Shown in pieces: positions 15,868 to 25,455 of a stretch of 56,620 nt of DNA (the stretch's first letter is position 1; every line of letters starts with the position of its first letter). Made by a program: the position numbers and the translations under genes. The notes below the pieces were generated by a model. That model saw nothing but the letters and a program-made list of their open reading frames with translations. It searched no databases and was not told the origin of the DNA. The stretch spans positions 1 through 56,620 of the IMG/VR virus record IMGVR_UViG_3300036835_000176; one strand, given 5' to 3'. This DNA is from a virus. Taxonomy: Duplodnaviria > Caudoviricetes.

Positions 15868-16549
15868 GCGCTGGCTCGTTTGGCGGCTCGGCGATGCAAT
15901 CCTCTAGCCCGTAGGCGCGCTGGCCGACGTGCAGGCATTGCACATCGAAGTCAAGCCAAATACGGAAGCCCGCCTTTTTCATCATGCGGCAAAAGTAGAT
16001 GTCCTCACTCACATTGCGCCGGATGTCTGCCGAGCAGATGAACTGAAACCACGGCGCGGGCAGGGCCTCGAATACCTGGCGCTTGATGAGCGTGAACGCG
16101 CAGCCGATGGCGTCTACTTCCTGCACGCCCTCGACGAACTCAGTGAGGCTCTGATAGCGCCCATCATCGGTGGCGCGATACGCGCATGGGATGACGGGCC
16201 GCCCGCGTGTCGTACAGAAGCCGCTGACCATATCCAGATCGCGCGAGAGCAGCGTCATCAGGCCATCATTGGGCGGGATAATGTCATCATCCCAGAACAG
16301 AATGTGCGTGGCGTTGCGCTCAAGTTCAGATAGATTGCCGCCGTTGATGTGGCGCACCTGCTCAGATTCCGGCGCAACAAAGAGCGTCGCCAGGAAGTTG
16401 CGCGCGGCGGCGATCTCCATTCGCACAGTCGAGCCACGGAACCAGTCCGGCGCGCCGTCATCGGATTTGGGCTTCTCAAGCCGCATGAATGCGCCAAGCC
16501 AGAGCGGGTCTACTGTGCCGACATGCGGCGTCGCGATCATGACCGACAA
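15860..16549 (-). CDS. GT2-like glycosyltransferase (paralogue)
   Basis: VMIATP, ARN, HILFWDDD, GCAFTLIKR, SEDIYFC. Confidence 0.8.
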   Translation of the reverse strand: MSVMIATPHVGTVDPLWLGAFMRLEKPKSDDGAPDWFRGSTVRMEIAAARNFLATLFVAPESEQVRHINGGNLSELERNATHILFWDDDIIPPNDGLMTLLSRDLDMVSGFCTTRGRPVIPCAYRATDDGRYQSLTEFVEGVQEVDAIGCAFTLIKRQVFEALPAPWFQFICSADIRRNVSEDIYFCRMMKKAGFRIWLDFDVQCLHVGQRAYGLEDCIAEPPNEPAHE

Positions 16550-16570
16550 TGCTGTGTCCTTTCACGACAC

Positions 16571-17206
16571 TCAGAGGCGGTACGGGATGTAGTCGCTGGA
16601 TAGGATGCTGTCAGGAATGGGGCAGTCATGGCAATCGTAGAGATGCGCCGCGCCCATCTTGACCGATTGACGCAGATTCATCGGTACATCGCTTGCCGCG
16701 TCGCCATAGCCCGCTATGTACGTCACGCGCAGACGTGGCCCGCGACGCTCGATAGGAAACACGCCGATACCGGTGAATGTGCCAGTCCAGTAGCTCAGTG
16801 TCCAGTCAGCCAGCGCGATATACGCGGGCGCGTCAGGACTCGGATTGTCTAACTGCCACTCCGTATCCGCAACCAATGTTTGCCACTGATTCGTACTGGT
16901 CTCAATCTCCACCGTGGTCACGCTCTGCGCGGGTCCTGGCGTCAGTTCCACGGCAAGATCAGATCCAAAGCCGATGATGCCTGAGAGCGGCGCATGCACG
17001 AGTTCGTCTGTAAGCGTGGCCACCAGTCGTACCGTCTGTGTGATGAGCGCACGTCCCGTCTTGCGCTCAAGCCACTGGCGGCTGGCGGTGATGAAGTCGC
17101 TGATATCTTGGTCGTCCTCGCCAAAGTCCACACGCAGGTAGCGTTTGACTTCCGAGACGGTGACTGGCTCCACAGCGGGAGCCACCGTAACCACATACTG
17201 GCGCAT
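16571..17206 (-). CDS. Head-tail connector (gp6/phiE125 gp8-like)
   Basis: PAVEPVTVSEVKRYLRVD..TGRALITQT..YIAGYG..VP..AAHLY. Confidence 0.88.
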   Translation of the reverse strand: MRQYVVTVAPAVEPVTVSEVKRYLRVDFGEDDQDISDFITASRQWLERKTGRALITQTVRLVATLTDELVHAPLSGIIGFGSDLAVELTPGPAQSVTTVEIETSTNQWQTLVADTEWQLDNPSPDAPAYIALADWTLSYWTGTFTGIGVFPIERRGPRLRVTYIAGYGDAASDVPMNLRQSVKMGAAHLYDCHDCPIPDSILSSDYIPYRL

Positions 17207-17245
17207 AGGTGACTCCCACTAGGAAACGACTCAGGAAACGACAGG

Positions 17246-17644
17246 CTAGAAGGTCGGCGCGTTGTGCGGGTCGCCAAGCACGATAGACGCGCTAAACAGC
17301 CCGCCCGTGGTGGTGGTACCCGTCACGGTGTCCTTGACACGCACGTAGCGCTTGCTGCCCTTGTAGCCCACCCACTGAATCGCCTCGTCACTAGACGAGT
17401 CAGCGGCAGTGAACGCGCCCATCAGGTCCGATGCGCTCACGTTCGTGAAATCGCCATCAGTGGTCGTCGCCGACTCCTGAAGCGTAAACGTGTGCGTGCC
17501 ATCGGTGATGACGCCAATGCTGACGATAGCGGCCACAGACTCGTAGCCCGCCGTATCCTGCGCGGTGCCGGTCGCGGTCGCGGTGATCTTGATCGGCTCG
17601 ATGTTCTGCATAACCTTTACGTTGTGCGCGAGGTCTCTCTTCAA
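17246..17644 (-). CDS. Conserved head-associated protein following the capsid gene
   Basis: TTG start with SD AAGGAG; DTAGYES..LQES..GYKGSKRYVRV. Confidence 0.7.
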   Translation of the reverse strand: MKRDLAHNVKVMQNIEPIKITATATGTAQDTAGYESVAAIVSIGVITDGTHTFTLQESATTTDGDFTNVSASDLMGAFTAADSSSDEAIQWVGYKGSKRYVRVKDTVTGTTTTGGLFSASIVLGDPHNAPTF

Positions 17645-18330
17645 GGTAAAGACTCCTTGTCTTTGCTCCTGCTGGCGGCAAGCCATGCAAGGAACTCTTC
17701 GTCGGTCTTGGTATGCTTGCTGTGGTTACAGGGGCCACAGGACGGCACGATGTTGGAAATGTCATTACTGCCACCGCGAGCAAGTGGAATACGATGTTCC
17801 GCTTGAATCTTGTCTGCGCGGATTCCGCAGTAATAGCAGCGATAACCAGCCACAAAGCAAAGCGCTTCAAATTCATCAGCGGTCCAAGAGCCGCCAGTGG
17901 CGAGTGCGCGGGCGCGACGCCGGTTCTGGTTAGCGCGCTTGATTGCGCGATAACGCTGGCGGTTTTCGTTCCGCCAATGCCTACCATATTCGGCATACCG
18001 TTCCGCGTTGGCATTCCGATGTTCTCGGATATCATCACGGTGCTGGACGCGATATATCCGCGCCTGTTCCCGACGATATTCGCGATTAGCTCGGAAATAG
18101 GCCAACTTTTCATCGCGGTGCGCGTAATGGTAGGCTAACGCCTGATCATTGCGTTTCCGAGCATGCTCAGGGTCATTGCGCCGCCGTTCTCGCCAGTAAG
18201 CGTTGCGGTAGTCCTGTAGTTCTCTAGCGCGACAGGGAGGGCATCGCTTTTGGACGGTATTACCAGCGGTAAATGACGCACCGCATTCACGACACACTAT
18301 CTCGAACTTCATTCCGGCTGGCCTGCTCAC
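17641..18330 (-). CDS. HNH homing endonuclease
   Basis: RRRAR..GSWTADE..CYYCG..EHRIPLARGG.N..NIVPSCGPCNHSK; N-terminal CxxC pairs. Confidence 0.88.
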   Translation of the reverse strand: MSRPAGMKFEIVCRECGASFTAGNTVQKRCPPCRARELQDYRNAYWRERRRNDPEHARKRNDQALAYHYAHRDEKLAYFRANREYRREQARIYRVQHRDDIREHRNANAERYAEYGRHWRNENRQRYRAIKRANQNRRRARALATGGSWTADEFEALCFVAGYRCYYCGIRADKIQAEHRIPLARGGSNDISNIVPSCGPCNHSKHTKTDEEFLAWLAASRSKDKESLP

Positions 18331-18433
18331 CCGCTACTCCTAATCCTGCGCCACCTATCAGTAATATTGTATTCCTGCTAAGCGGCGCAAAACCGGAAAT
18401 AGCCTGGATTGGTACCAACCGAACGCGCTAGGA

Positions 18434-19699
18434 CTAGCTGTGCTGCTTCAGGAGGGCGACCGCCTCAGGCTGCACGAGCAGTCCGCCAACGCGCTTGTAG
18501 AACATGAAGCCGACCTGTCCGCTCATCGCAAACAGTTCGTTCAGCCGCAGCGTCGTGATGCCCTGGCGATCAACGAAGCGGTAGCCCTTGTTGAAGTCGC
18601 CAACGGCCATCGTGACCTTCGTCGCGGTCACGGCGCTGTCCATGTCGGTAGCTTCCTTGTAGGGCTTGCCCAGAATGGTTGGCTCCCATCCCGCCTGCAT
18701 GCCCGCCATGCCCCACGCCTGCAGGAGCGGACGGCCATTGGCCACGTCCGTGATCTCGCGCAGGTACTCCAGCACGGCCTGATTCAACAGCCACACGCAA
18801 TTCGGGCTGTTGCGATAGGCGGGCTTGAGCTTCATCAGCGCGCCCACGACATCGGCGTAGACAATCGCCGTCGCGCCCGCCGTGGTCTTGATGTTGCCGC
18901 TCGGCACATCCGCCACGAAACCGGACATCTGGCCAACGCCAGTACCGGACACGAAGCCGGTACCCTCAGTGACGCCGAACTGCTCCGCCACGTCCGCCGC
19001 GATGTCGGATTCCAGGTCAAAGTATTCGTCGTCAAGCTGCTGACGCGTGAACTGGACTTCCGCGTACATCTCGGATGTCGGGATGGTGCGGTTGCCGTAC
19101 GTCTGGCCGGTGGTCTCCGTGCGGGTGCCAGCTTCGGCGATCCACTGCGCGGCCAGCGTGGTCTTGCGGTAGCGAATCTCGACCGCGTTGGCGTTGGTCG
19201 GCTGCACACGGGCCACGTCACGAACGGGCGTGTACAGGATGCTGTCCTTGATGACCTCGTTCTGCAGGATTTCCGGCAGAACGAAGTAGCCGCCAAGCGT
19301 GTCATCGATGGTGCTGAACGCCTTGCGCTCGCCACCGCCAAGCTCAATGGCCTTGGCCTGCAACGCCTGAACGTCTTCCTCACCCGCGCGCATCGGCGCG
19401 AGAATGGCGCGCTGCTCGCTGGACATCTTGAGCAGGCCATGCTTGAGGAAGGCTTTGAACGCATCGTTGCGCGCCGCCTTCGCCTCGGCCTCTTCATCAC
19501 TCTTTGGCTCGGCCTGCGCGGGGCGCTTCGCCCTCGCCTCAAGCTCGTTCCAGTCGGCGTTGATCTTCTTGATCGCCGCCTCAGTTTCGCCAAGACGTGT
19601 GTCGTACGCCTTGGCCTCTTCCTGACCTTGCTTCACGCGCTCCAGCAACTCATGCTGGAGTTCCAAAATCTTCTCAGCCTCTTCAACGGAAAGGGCCAT
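18434..19699 (-). CDS. Major capsid protein, HK97 fold with N-terminal scaffold domain
   Basis: GGYFVLPE, WIAE, FVSGTG, ILGKP, GDF..Y..VDR, KRVGG. Confidence 0.95.
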   Translation of the reverse strand: MALSVEEAEKILELQHELLERVKQGQEEAKAYDTRLGETEAAIKKINADWNELEARAKRPAQAEPKSDEEAEAKAARNDAFKAFLKHGLLKMSSEQRAILAPMRAGEEDVQALQAKAIELGGGERKAFSTIDDTLGGYFVLPEILQNEVIKDSILYTPVRDVARVQPTNANAVEIRYRKTTLAAQWIAEAGTRTETTGQTYGNRTIPTSEMYAEVQFTRQQLDDEYFDLESDIAADVAEQFGVTEGTGFVSGTGVGQMSGFVADVPSGNIKTTAGATAIVYADVVGALMKLKPAYRNSPNCVWLLNQAVLEYLREITDVANGRPLLQAWGMAGMQAGWEPTILGKPYKEATDMDSAVTATKVTMAVGDFNKGYRFVDRQGITTLRLNELFAMSGQVGFMFYKRVGGLLVQPEAVALLKQHS

Positions 19700-19701
19700 G
19701 A

Positions 19702-21090
19702 TTAGCCTACCTTCTCTAACTGGTGGCGTAGCATATCCGCTCGTAACATGAGCAACTTGACACGCGCGCCCTCACTCAACTGGTCATCGTCACTACTCGG
19801 AGTGGTCTGACTGTCGAGTGCATCAGTAGATGCGGCTCCGTCCCCGACTCCGTTCGCATCCGGCGTTGCCGGTGCTATAAGCGATTTCTCGGCTCCATCC
19901 TGAGTGTCGTCACCCGTGACGGACGGCTCAGTGTCAGCGAGAAGTTGCTTCAAATCCTTGTGACCGCTTTCGATAGAATCCAGCGCCTTATACATGCGGT
20001 CACGGTTAGCGCTAGAAATGGAACGCCCGGCTTTTTGATCGCGCGGGCGGGTATCGCTCATGTATCCGGTGTCGCTGTCCTCAGCGTTGCAGCCGTCCGG
20101 GTCAAGGAATTGATCGCCATCGCTATCCAGCATCGGCGTGAAATCCGCCTGAAGGCTGCGCGCGACGAGATCCAGCAGCGCCGTCGTGAAGTCGCCCATG
20201 TTCGCCTGAATGGCTTCCTCGGCGTCCACCTTTGGCGCATCGGGTGCGAGCCAACCATTGGCCTGCGCGTGCTGCTGCCACATAACCTCAGAGATAGCGT
20301 GGGTAAAGGCGATGAACATATCGCCCCACTCGTCTTGCAGGTCATCCGACTGCGCCAGCGACTGAAAGAGCGTGTTGAAGTCGCGCGCCTTGTGGTCGGT
20401 CGGGCGCTGATACTGATTACCGTTCATGGGCTTGGCCTCCGTGGTGATTATCACGGGGCGCTCTGGTTCCGCAGGTGGCGGTAGCAGCCCCTTTAACTGC
20501 TTGAGGTAGCGTGTCAGGGTCTCGCCTACGCCGTCTGTGCGAATGTCGCCATTCCTGAGCAGGCTGTCTATGCGCTCGGCTTGCGCCGCGATAGCCTCAG
20601 CGCCGTCGCCACCGTCCAGTCTCTTGAGTCCGACTACCGGCGTATCTTCGTTGGAGCCTAACGTCACGCTGCTGAACTCGAATAAACGAAGCTCAGTGAG
20701 TATCCTGGCTTGTGCCTTAGAGTCGTATTGGCTCTGGATAACCTGATAGCCGATGGAATGCTCAGTGATCGCGCCCGCTTCGTAGAGCAGAATCACGTCC
20801 TTGCCGAGTGCGGTAGGGACGATCTGATTTTCAAAATACAGGCCCTTCGCGTCCTCTTGGAGGACACGCGGCGCGCCGAGTATCTGATCTACCTGATGCT
20901 GCCAGACGTGCTTGATACGCCCCTTGCCAGTCGGCCCCCACTCGGCAAGCGTCTTAGCAAAGCAGCCTTTGCGGGTAATATCATCGTCCGCGTCTTTGCG
21001 GTCAAACGTGTTGGCGTATCCGCAGACGATACCCTGCTTGGCGTCTATGTCTTTCACCGCGATAGCGGTAGGGATGCTTTTGTAGCGCAT
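19702..21090 (-). CDS. HK97-family prohead protease with long C-terminal extension
   Basis: GYANTF..D..KGCF..WQH..EDAKGL..SIGY..LFEFSSV; SD GAGG before ATG 21090. Confidence 0.88.
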   Translation of the reverse strand: MRYKSIPTAIAVKDIDAKQGIVCGYANTFDRKDADDDITRKGCFAKTLAEWGPTGKGRIKHVWQHQVDQILGAPRVLQEDAKGLYFENQIVPTALGKDVILLYEAGAITEHSIGYQVIQSQYDSKAQARILTELRLFEFSSVTLGSNEDTPVVGLKRLDGGDGAEAIAAQAERIDSLLRNGDIRTDGVGETLTRYLKQLKGLLPPPAEPERPVIITTEAKPMNGNQYQRPTDHKARDFNTLFQSLAQSDDLQDEWGDMFIAFTHAISEVMWQQHAQANGWLAPDAPKVDAEEAIQANMGDFTTALLDLVARSLQADFTPMLDSDGDQFLDPDGCNAEDSDTGYMSDTRPRDQKAGRSISSANRDRMYKALDSIESGHKDLKQLLADTEPSVTGDDTQDGAEKSLIAPATPDANGVGDGAASTDALDSQTTPSSDDDQLSEGARVKLLMLRADMLRHQLEKVG

Positions 21091-21095
21091 GGGAG

Positions 21096-23312
21096 TTATC
21101 CTCTTACGTGGTAGCCCTGAGTACACCTACACGCACAATCCTGTGCAGGGTCGCCCGTCGTCCCTGGCGTGTCGCATTCTTCGCCACCCACAATGAACGG
21201 CTCATCCAGGTCAACTATCTGGCCGTCCGCATCGGCGTGATCGTCGCGTGTCCTGTCATCCCTAGTGGCTATCCACTCTTTTTGGAGGTCTAGCCCTGTG
21301 GAGCGCGCGCCATAGATAGAACCAGCATTACTGGCCGCCAACACTTCAGTCCTCGACACCAACTCAGCCCGATAGCCCTTGAAGCCGCTGTACACGTCCT
21401 CAAGCCGCGTAGCGAGCTGGTCTATCGTCTCCTCGTGAGCGATACCGTCTGCCAACGTGGTTTGGATGCGCGCGCGTGTCGTCTCGGTGATACCCTTGAT
21501 GCGCTGTGCGCCGTCCGTGTTCAGATATTGCGCGACGAATGTTTGCCACTCGTCGAGCAAGGCGCTTTCCGCTGCGGCTTTCCTGGCGGGAATGCGGCGC
21601 GCCTTCGCCTCATCGGTGATATCCTCGACCGCCTGCACAGCGAATGGCCCGCCTACCGCCACATGAATCGCCGCAAGCAAATCTTTCCAGTCACCATCGC
21701 TGATGACCTTCTGCGCGGCCTTAATCGCGCCTTTACCCGCGCCCGCGCTCTTCAGCGCCTTGACGACCGCTTTGCGTTCAGACTCAAATTGCGCCGCCAC
21801 CTGATCGGATACCGCGCCGTACCACGCCTCACGGCTGGTCTCAGTGCGTTTCCAGTGCGCCGCCTTTTGCTCCTCCGTGTCGAGTCGCAACGCTTTGTTG
21901 GCAGCGCGTGGGCGTCGCTTCGCTGGCGGTTGGTTGTCGGTTGGTGGCGTGTCGGCGTCAGCACCTTCATCCGGCGGGTTGTTCTGTCCGGCGAACGGCT
22001 TCAGCACGTCAGGAACCGGCGCAGGTGGCTCTACGGCTTGCTCAAGTGGCACGTACGTGGATGGGATAATCCGCACGCCGCCGAGGTCGCCACCAACCTC
22101 GCTCTCGCCGATCATCTTGAGCGACTGGTCGAGCGTCAGCAGGCCCGCCGTCCAACCTTGATAGGCGCGTTGGTAGATCGCTTGGCGGTCCTCTTGTAGC
22201 GCCTCAATATCGTCGGTGTCGTAGTCGAGTTCGTAGCGCTCAGTGTCCATGCCGTAGAGTGGCAGGAGCCAACTATTCAACTCGCCTTTTAGCACGTCCA
22301 TCCGTGGCAGGATGGTTTCCTGATAGAAGGCTTTGCGGGCGCTCTCATAGTTGGCATGCGTCTTGTTGGCGCTATCGCCGAGCAACTCAGGCGGGACGGC
22401 CAGTGCTATGGCGATCTCGCGTGCGGCGTGCGCCTTGCCGTCCAGCCAGTCCATTTCTGACGGGTTTTCGCCCATCTTCTCCCACGTCATCGGCGCACGC
22501 GGGATGAGCGGCTTGCCTGCGTTCCGCGGCCCACTGTAGCGCGCCTCAAGATCGTTCTTCAGCGTCTCATGTACGTCGGCTGGAATGACAACCGGCTGCC
22601 CGCCGCTGGATTGTGGCGTCAGCATGCCGGATGGCCGCGCCATGTTCTGCAGCAGCGCAGTATTCCAGTCATTCGCCGCGTTGTGCTGGTCTACAGCGCG
22701 CGCTGCGACCTTCGCAGGAGCAAGGCCCGTGTTGTCGTCTTCGGGCGAAAACTCGGTGATGTAGCGCACGTCAGACGGGTCGTAGTATTGCTTGTCATGG
22801 CCGTTGGCGCTATAGACCCATCGGATTAGCTCGCCTGTCGTGCGGTTCGTGTCCGCCTTCATGCGATCAGAGCGCACAGCGTAGAGTTCCGCAACGCTCT
22901 TTTCCCGCGTGGTGGTAAGCGCGATAAGATAGGCGTCGCCACTCAGCAGTAAGAGCGAGTGCGAGCGTATCCACAGGCGCGCTGCGCTTTCACGTCGGTT
23001 GGCGCGGGCGTTCATCAGGGTCAGCAGCGGATGGTCCGTCACCTCCGTGCGCTCTTTGCCGCGCTTATCGTAGAGTAGCCAGGGGATACCCGCGCAGGAG
23101 TTGGCGGTGTACATGACGGCGCGAAAGAGGTACGGGTTCTCAGAAAAGCCGTGATGCACCATGCCCGCGAAGTTGCGCGCGCTCGGATAGGATGCTGCCT
23201 GTGGCCCGACGAACGTAGCGAGCGAGTTGCCACCGCCTGATGCTGGCGCATCAGTGGCCTTGCGCGCCATCGTAAAGATTGGTGGCAGCCACAGGTCCGT
23301 CCAGCGTCCCAT
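21096..23312 (-). CDS. Portal protein fused to MuF/SPP1 gp7-like domain
   Basis: HPLLTL, GLAP, NAGKP, VPPELLG..NYE portal motifs; C-terminal RAELVSRTE..KEW..DDRTR..H..CACRC. Confidence 0.9.
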   Translation of the reverse strand: MGRWTDLWLPPIFTMARKATDAPASGGGNSLATFVGPQAASYPSARNFAGMVHHGFSENPYLFRAVMYTANSCAGIPWLLYDKRGKERTEVTDHPLLTLMNARANRRESAARLWIRSHSLLLLSGDAYLIALTTTREKSVAELYAVRSDRMKADTNRTTGELIRWVYSANGHDKQYYDPSDVRYITEFSPEDDNTGLAPAKVAARAVDQHNAANDWNTALLQNMARPSGMLTPQSSGGQPVVIPADVHETLKNDLEARYSGPRNAGKPLIPRAPMTWEKMGENPSEMDWLDGKAHAAREIAIALAVPPELLGDSANKTHANYESARKAFYQETILPRMDVLKGELNSWLLPLYGMDTERYELDYDTDDIEALQEDRQAIYQRAYQGWTAGLLTLDQSLKMIGESEVGGDLGGVRIIPSTYVPLEQAVEPPAPVPDVLKPFAGQNNPPDEGADADTPPTDNQPPAKRRPRAANKALRLDTEEQKAAHWKRTETSREAWYGAVSDQVAAQFESERKAVVKALKSAGAGKGAIKAAQKVISDGDWKDLLAAIHVAVGGPFAVQAVEDITDEAKARRIPARKAAAESALLDEWQTFVAQYLNTDGAQRIKGITETTRARIQTTLADGIAHEETIDQLATRLEDVYSGFKGYRAELVSRTEVLAASNAGSIYGARSTGLDLQKEWIATRDDRTRDDHADADGQIVDLDEPFIVGGEECDTPGTTGDPAQDCACRCTQGYHVRG

Positions 23313-23348
23313 ATCGCGCTCCTGGGCCGCTGGCCCGTTTTGGCGGTC

Positions 23349-24683
23349 TTAGTAGTCCACGAAGCCCCATTGCTGGCCCGCGCCGTCAATCATCAGGTCA
23401 GTCAGCAGCCACACGAGCGCGTCCATGCGGTCAGGGCTGCTATCGCCTGGCGTCCACTGGCACATCTGATCTTCCAGCGCAGGAAACGCGCCGACGTGAT
23501 GTACCCTGGACTGTTCGTAGAGCGCGGCGACCGGCTCAGCGCGCGTCAACTTGCCTCGTGAGGCATGGACGGCGCGATAGGGTATCGTGGATTCAATCGT
23601 GCGTAAGGTATGCTCGACCATTTCGCCGCCATTATTCGTCTCGGCGACGATGCGATCAGCATGGTACTTGTGATAGCCCGTGACAGCAGCGCGCGCCCAG
23701 CCATCCGGTGACGCCTTCAGGCTTGCGTCTTCCAGGATGTAGCCGTGGCCGTCTTTGCCTAACGCGCCGACAATCACGCCGGTCTCGTCGGAATCTTCGC
23801 TGTGTGTCACGGCAGGGTCTATGGCGACGACAACGCGGCTGAAGGCGTCTGGCGGCTTCGTGGTGCGCGACGCTTCGATCTGGTCTCGCTTCCACAGCGC
23901 GCCCGGATTGTCGTCTAGGATTTCAGCGTCTAATTCCTGGCGCCCTAAGCGCGTCCCCGCATACTTCGCGGTGATTTGCTTCATGAAGGCGGGCGCAAGG
24001 TTCGCCGCGTTGTCATAGGTGCGACCGCGCGTCACATGGGACGTTGACGCCGCCACCAGGTCGCGCACGATCTTGGTTGGCCGTGGCGTGGTCGTTACAA
24101 CGGCGCGCGGATCGCTGCCAGCGCGTAGCGTGAACATGAGCATGTCCCAGGCTTCCTGGGCGTACTTCCATGCCGCCAGCTCATCACACCATGCGCCGTC
24201 AACGTTCGGGCCGCGTAACTGGTCGGGTTCCTCTGCGCTATAGGTCGTCGCGGTCGCACCGTTGGGCCATGTGAGCCTGCGCTTGGATGGCTCGTACTCT
24301 GGACGGAACCACGGTGGCGAGATACGCAGGATGCCGGACTCGCCCTCGATCATCACGTCACGTACGTCAGCAGCGGTCGGCGCCACAAGTGCAAGGCTGC
24401 CACATTGGCCGCTCTCGACTTGCGCGCGCACCCATTCACTTCCCGTGCGCGTCTTTCCAAAGCCTCGACCAGCGAGCAGGAGCCACACGAGCCAGTCACC
24501 TTCGGGTGTGAGTTGATTGTCTCGCGCCCAAAACGACCAGCGGTAGCGATGCTCAACCTTCTGCGCTGGCGTCAGGCTTTCCCAATACCTCTGGCGTAGC
24601 TGTTGCGGCAAGGAGTGAATAGAAACGCGCGTCGGCCTCGGCGGCAAGTCCGTTGATGTCGAGTTGACCTGAGAGCTTGACAT
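23349..24683 (-). CDS. terL: Terminase large subunit (start uncertain)
   Basis: AGRGFGKT Walker A, WCDE Walker B, TTTP, VAIDP, SPDRMDA nuclease motifs. Confidence 0.95.
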   Translation of the reverse strand: MSSSQVNSTSTDLPPRPTRVSIHSLPQQLRQRYWESLTPAQKVEHRYRWSFWARDNQLTPEGDWLVWLLLAGRGFGKTRTGSEWVRAQVESGQCGSLALVAPTAADVRDVMIEGESGILRISPPWFRPEYEPSKRRLTWPNGATATTYSAEEPDQLRGPNVDGAWCDELAAWKYAQEAWDMLMFTLRAGSDPRAVVTTTPRPTKIVRDLVAASTSHVTRGRTYDNAANLAPAFMKQITAKYAGTRLGRQELDAEILDDNPGALWKRDQIEASRTTKPPDAFSRVVVAIDPAVTHSEDSDETGVIVGALGKDGHGYILEDASLKASPDGWARAAVTGYHKYHADRIVAETNNGGEMVEHTLRTIESTIPYRAVHASRGKLTRAEPVAALYEQSRVHHVGAFPALEDQMCQWTPGDSSPDRMDALVWLLTDLMIDGAGQQWGFVDY

Positions 24684-25050
24684 CGGCTCGTTCCCGGTAC
24701 TTCTGCGGTCGCGCGCCTTTGAGCAGGAAGATAAGCAGCGTGTCGCTATATTTGCGAACGTAGAGCGGAGAACCGTCGTCGTTGTGAACGATGCCCTTGA
24801 CCGATGTCACTGGTTCCTCTACGCCCTCGTAAGCGCGGCGTCGCGCCTCGTCTTCCAATGCCTGCGCACCAAGTTCCGCGCACTCATCCCATTCGGCAGC
24901 GAACGCCTCATCCGTCTTGCGATACTGGTAGAGCCGCTGAGGAGTAACGCCAGCAGTTTTCGCCGCCTTCGTCACGTTGCCACACTCAGAAAGGGCGGAC
25001 AGGAATAGCGTGCGTTTTTTAGCTGCCAATAGTTGTAAAGCCGAGGCCAT
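24553..25050 (-). CDS. terS: Terminase small subunit
   Basis: HTH GNVTKAAK; LEDEARRRAYEG; YSDTLLIFLLKG.RP.KYRE. Confidence 0.85.
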   Translation of the reverse strand: MASALQLLAAKKRTLFLSALSECGNVTKAAKTAGVTPQRLYQYRKTDEAFAAEWDECAELGAQALEDEARRRAYEGVEEPVTSVKGIVHNDDGSPLYVRKYSDTLLIFLLKGARPQKYRERADVKLSGQLDINGLAAEADARFYSLLAATATPEVLGKPDASAEG

Positions 25051-25062
25051 CTCACACCATCC

Positions 25063-25449
25063 TCAGCTTATCGCCCTGGTAACATCCGCCGACACGATCA
25101 AGAATCCGCCCGCGACGGTATACGGTCGCGGTGGCGACTGCCCGCCGTCCATCACCTGCACGTCGTAGGGCAAGCGTACCTCGTGTGAGGGCAGGCCAGA
25201 GGTATCATCGGCGTCAAGCAGGACGGTCAACGCGCCAGGCGTCGTGTCGCTGCCATTCGTGGTGATCGTGACGCCGCTGCCGAGCGTCTTTTGTATCTGG
25301 GCGTCGGCGTCCGTATCCTCTACGTCGCGTTTGGCGGTGAACACGATGGCGCTGTAGGCGGACAGGCCACCGGCGGGCAGGTTGGTGATAGCCGAGAACG
25401 TCAGGACCGCTGCATCGCCGCGTAGGATGTCGAAGTCGTGTTCTAGCAT
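25063..25449 (-). CDS. BppU-N-like Ig-fold structural protein
   Basis: ILRGD..FTAK..DT..YDVQV..G.L.V..DVT pattern. Confidence 0.55.
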   Translation of the reverse strand: MLEHDFDILRGDAAVLTFSAITNLPAGGLSAYSAIVFTAKRDVEDTDADAQIQKTLGSGVTITTNGSDTTPGALTVLLDADDTSGLPSHEVRLPYDVQVMDGGQSPPRPYTVAGGFLIVSADVTRAIS

Positions 25450-25455
25450 GACATT

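Noticed and set aside
18440-19705. 421-aa plus-strand ORF mirroring the capsid gene
   Set aside because: Antisense shadow with no recognisable domain
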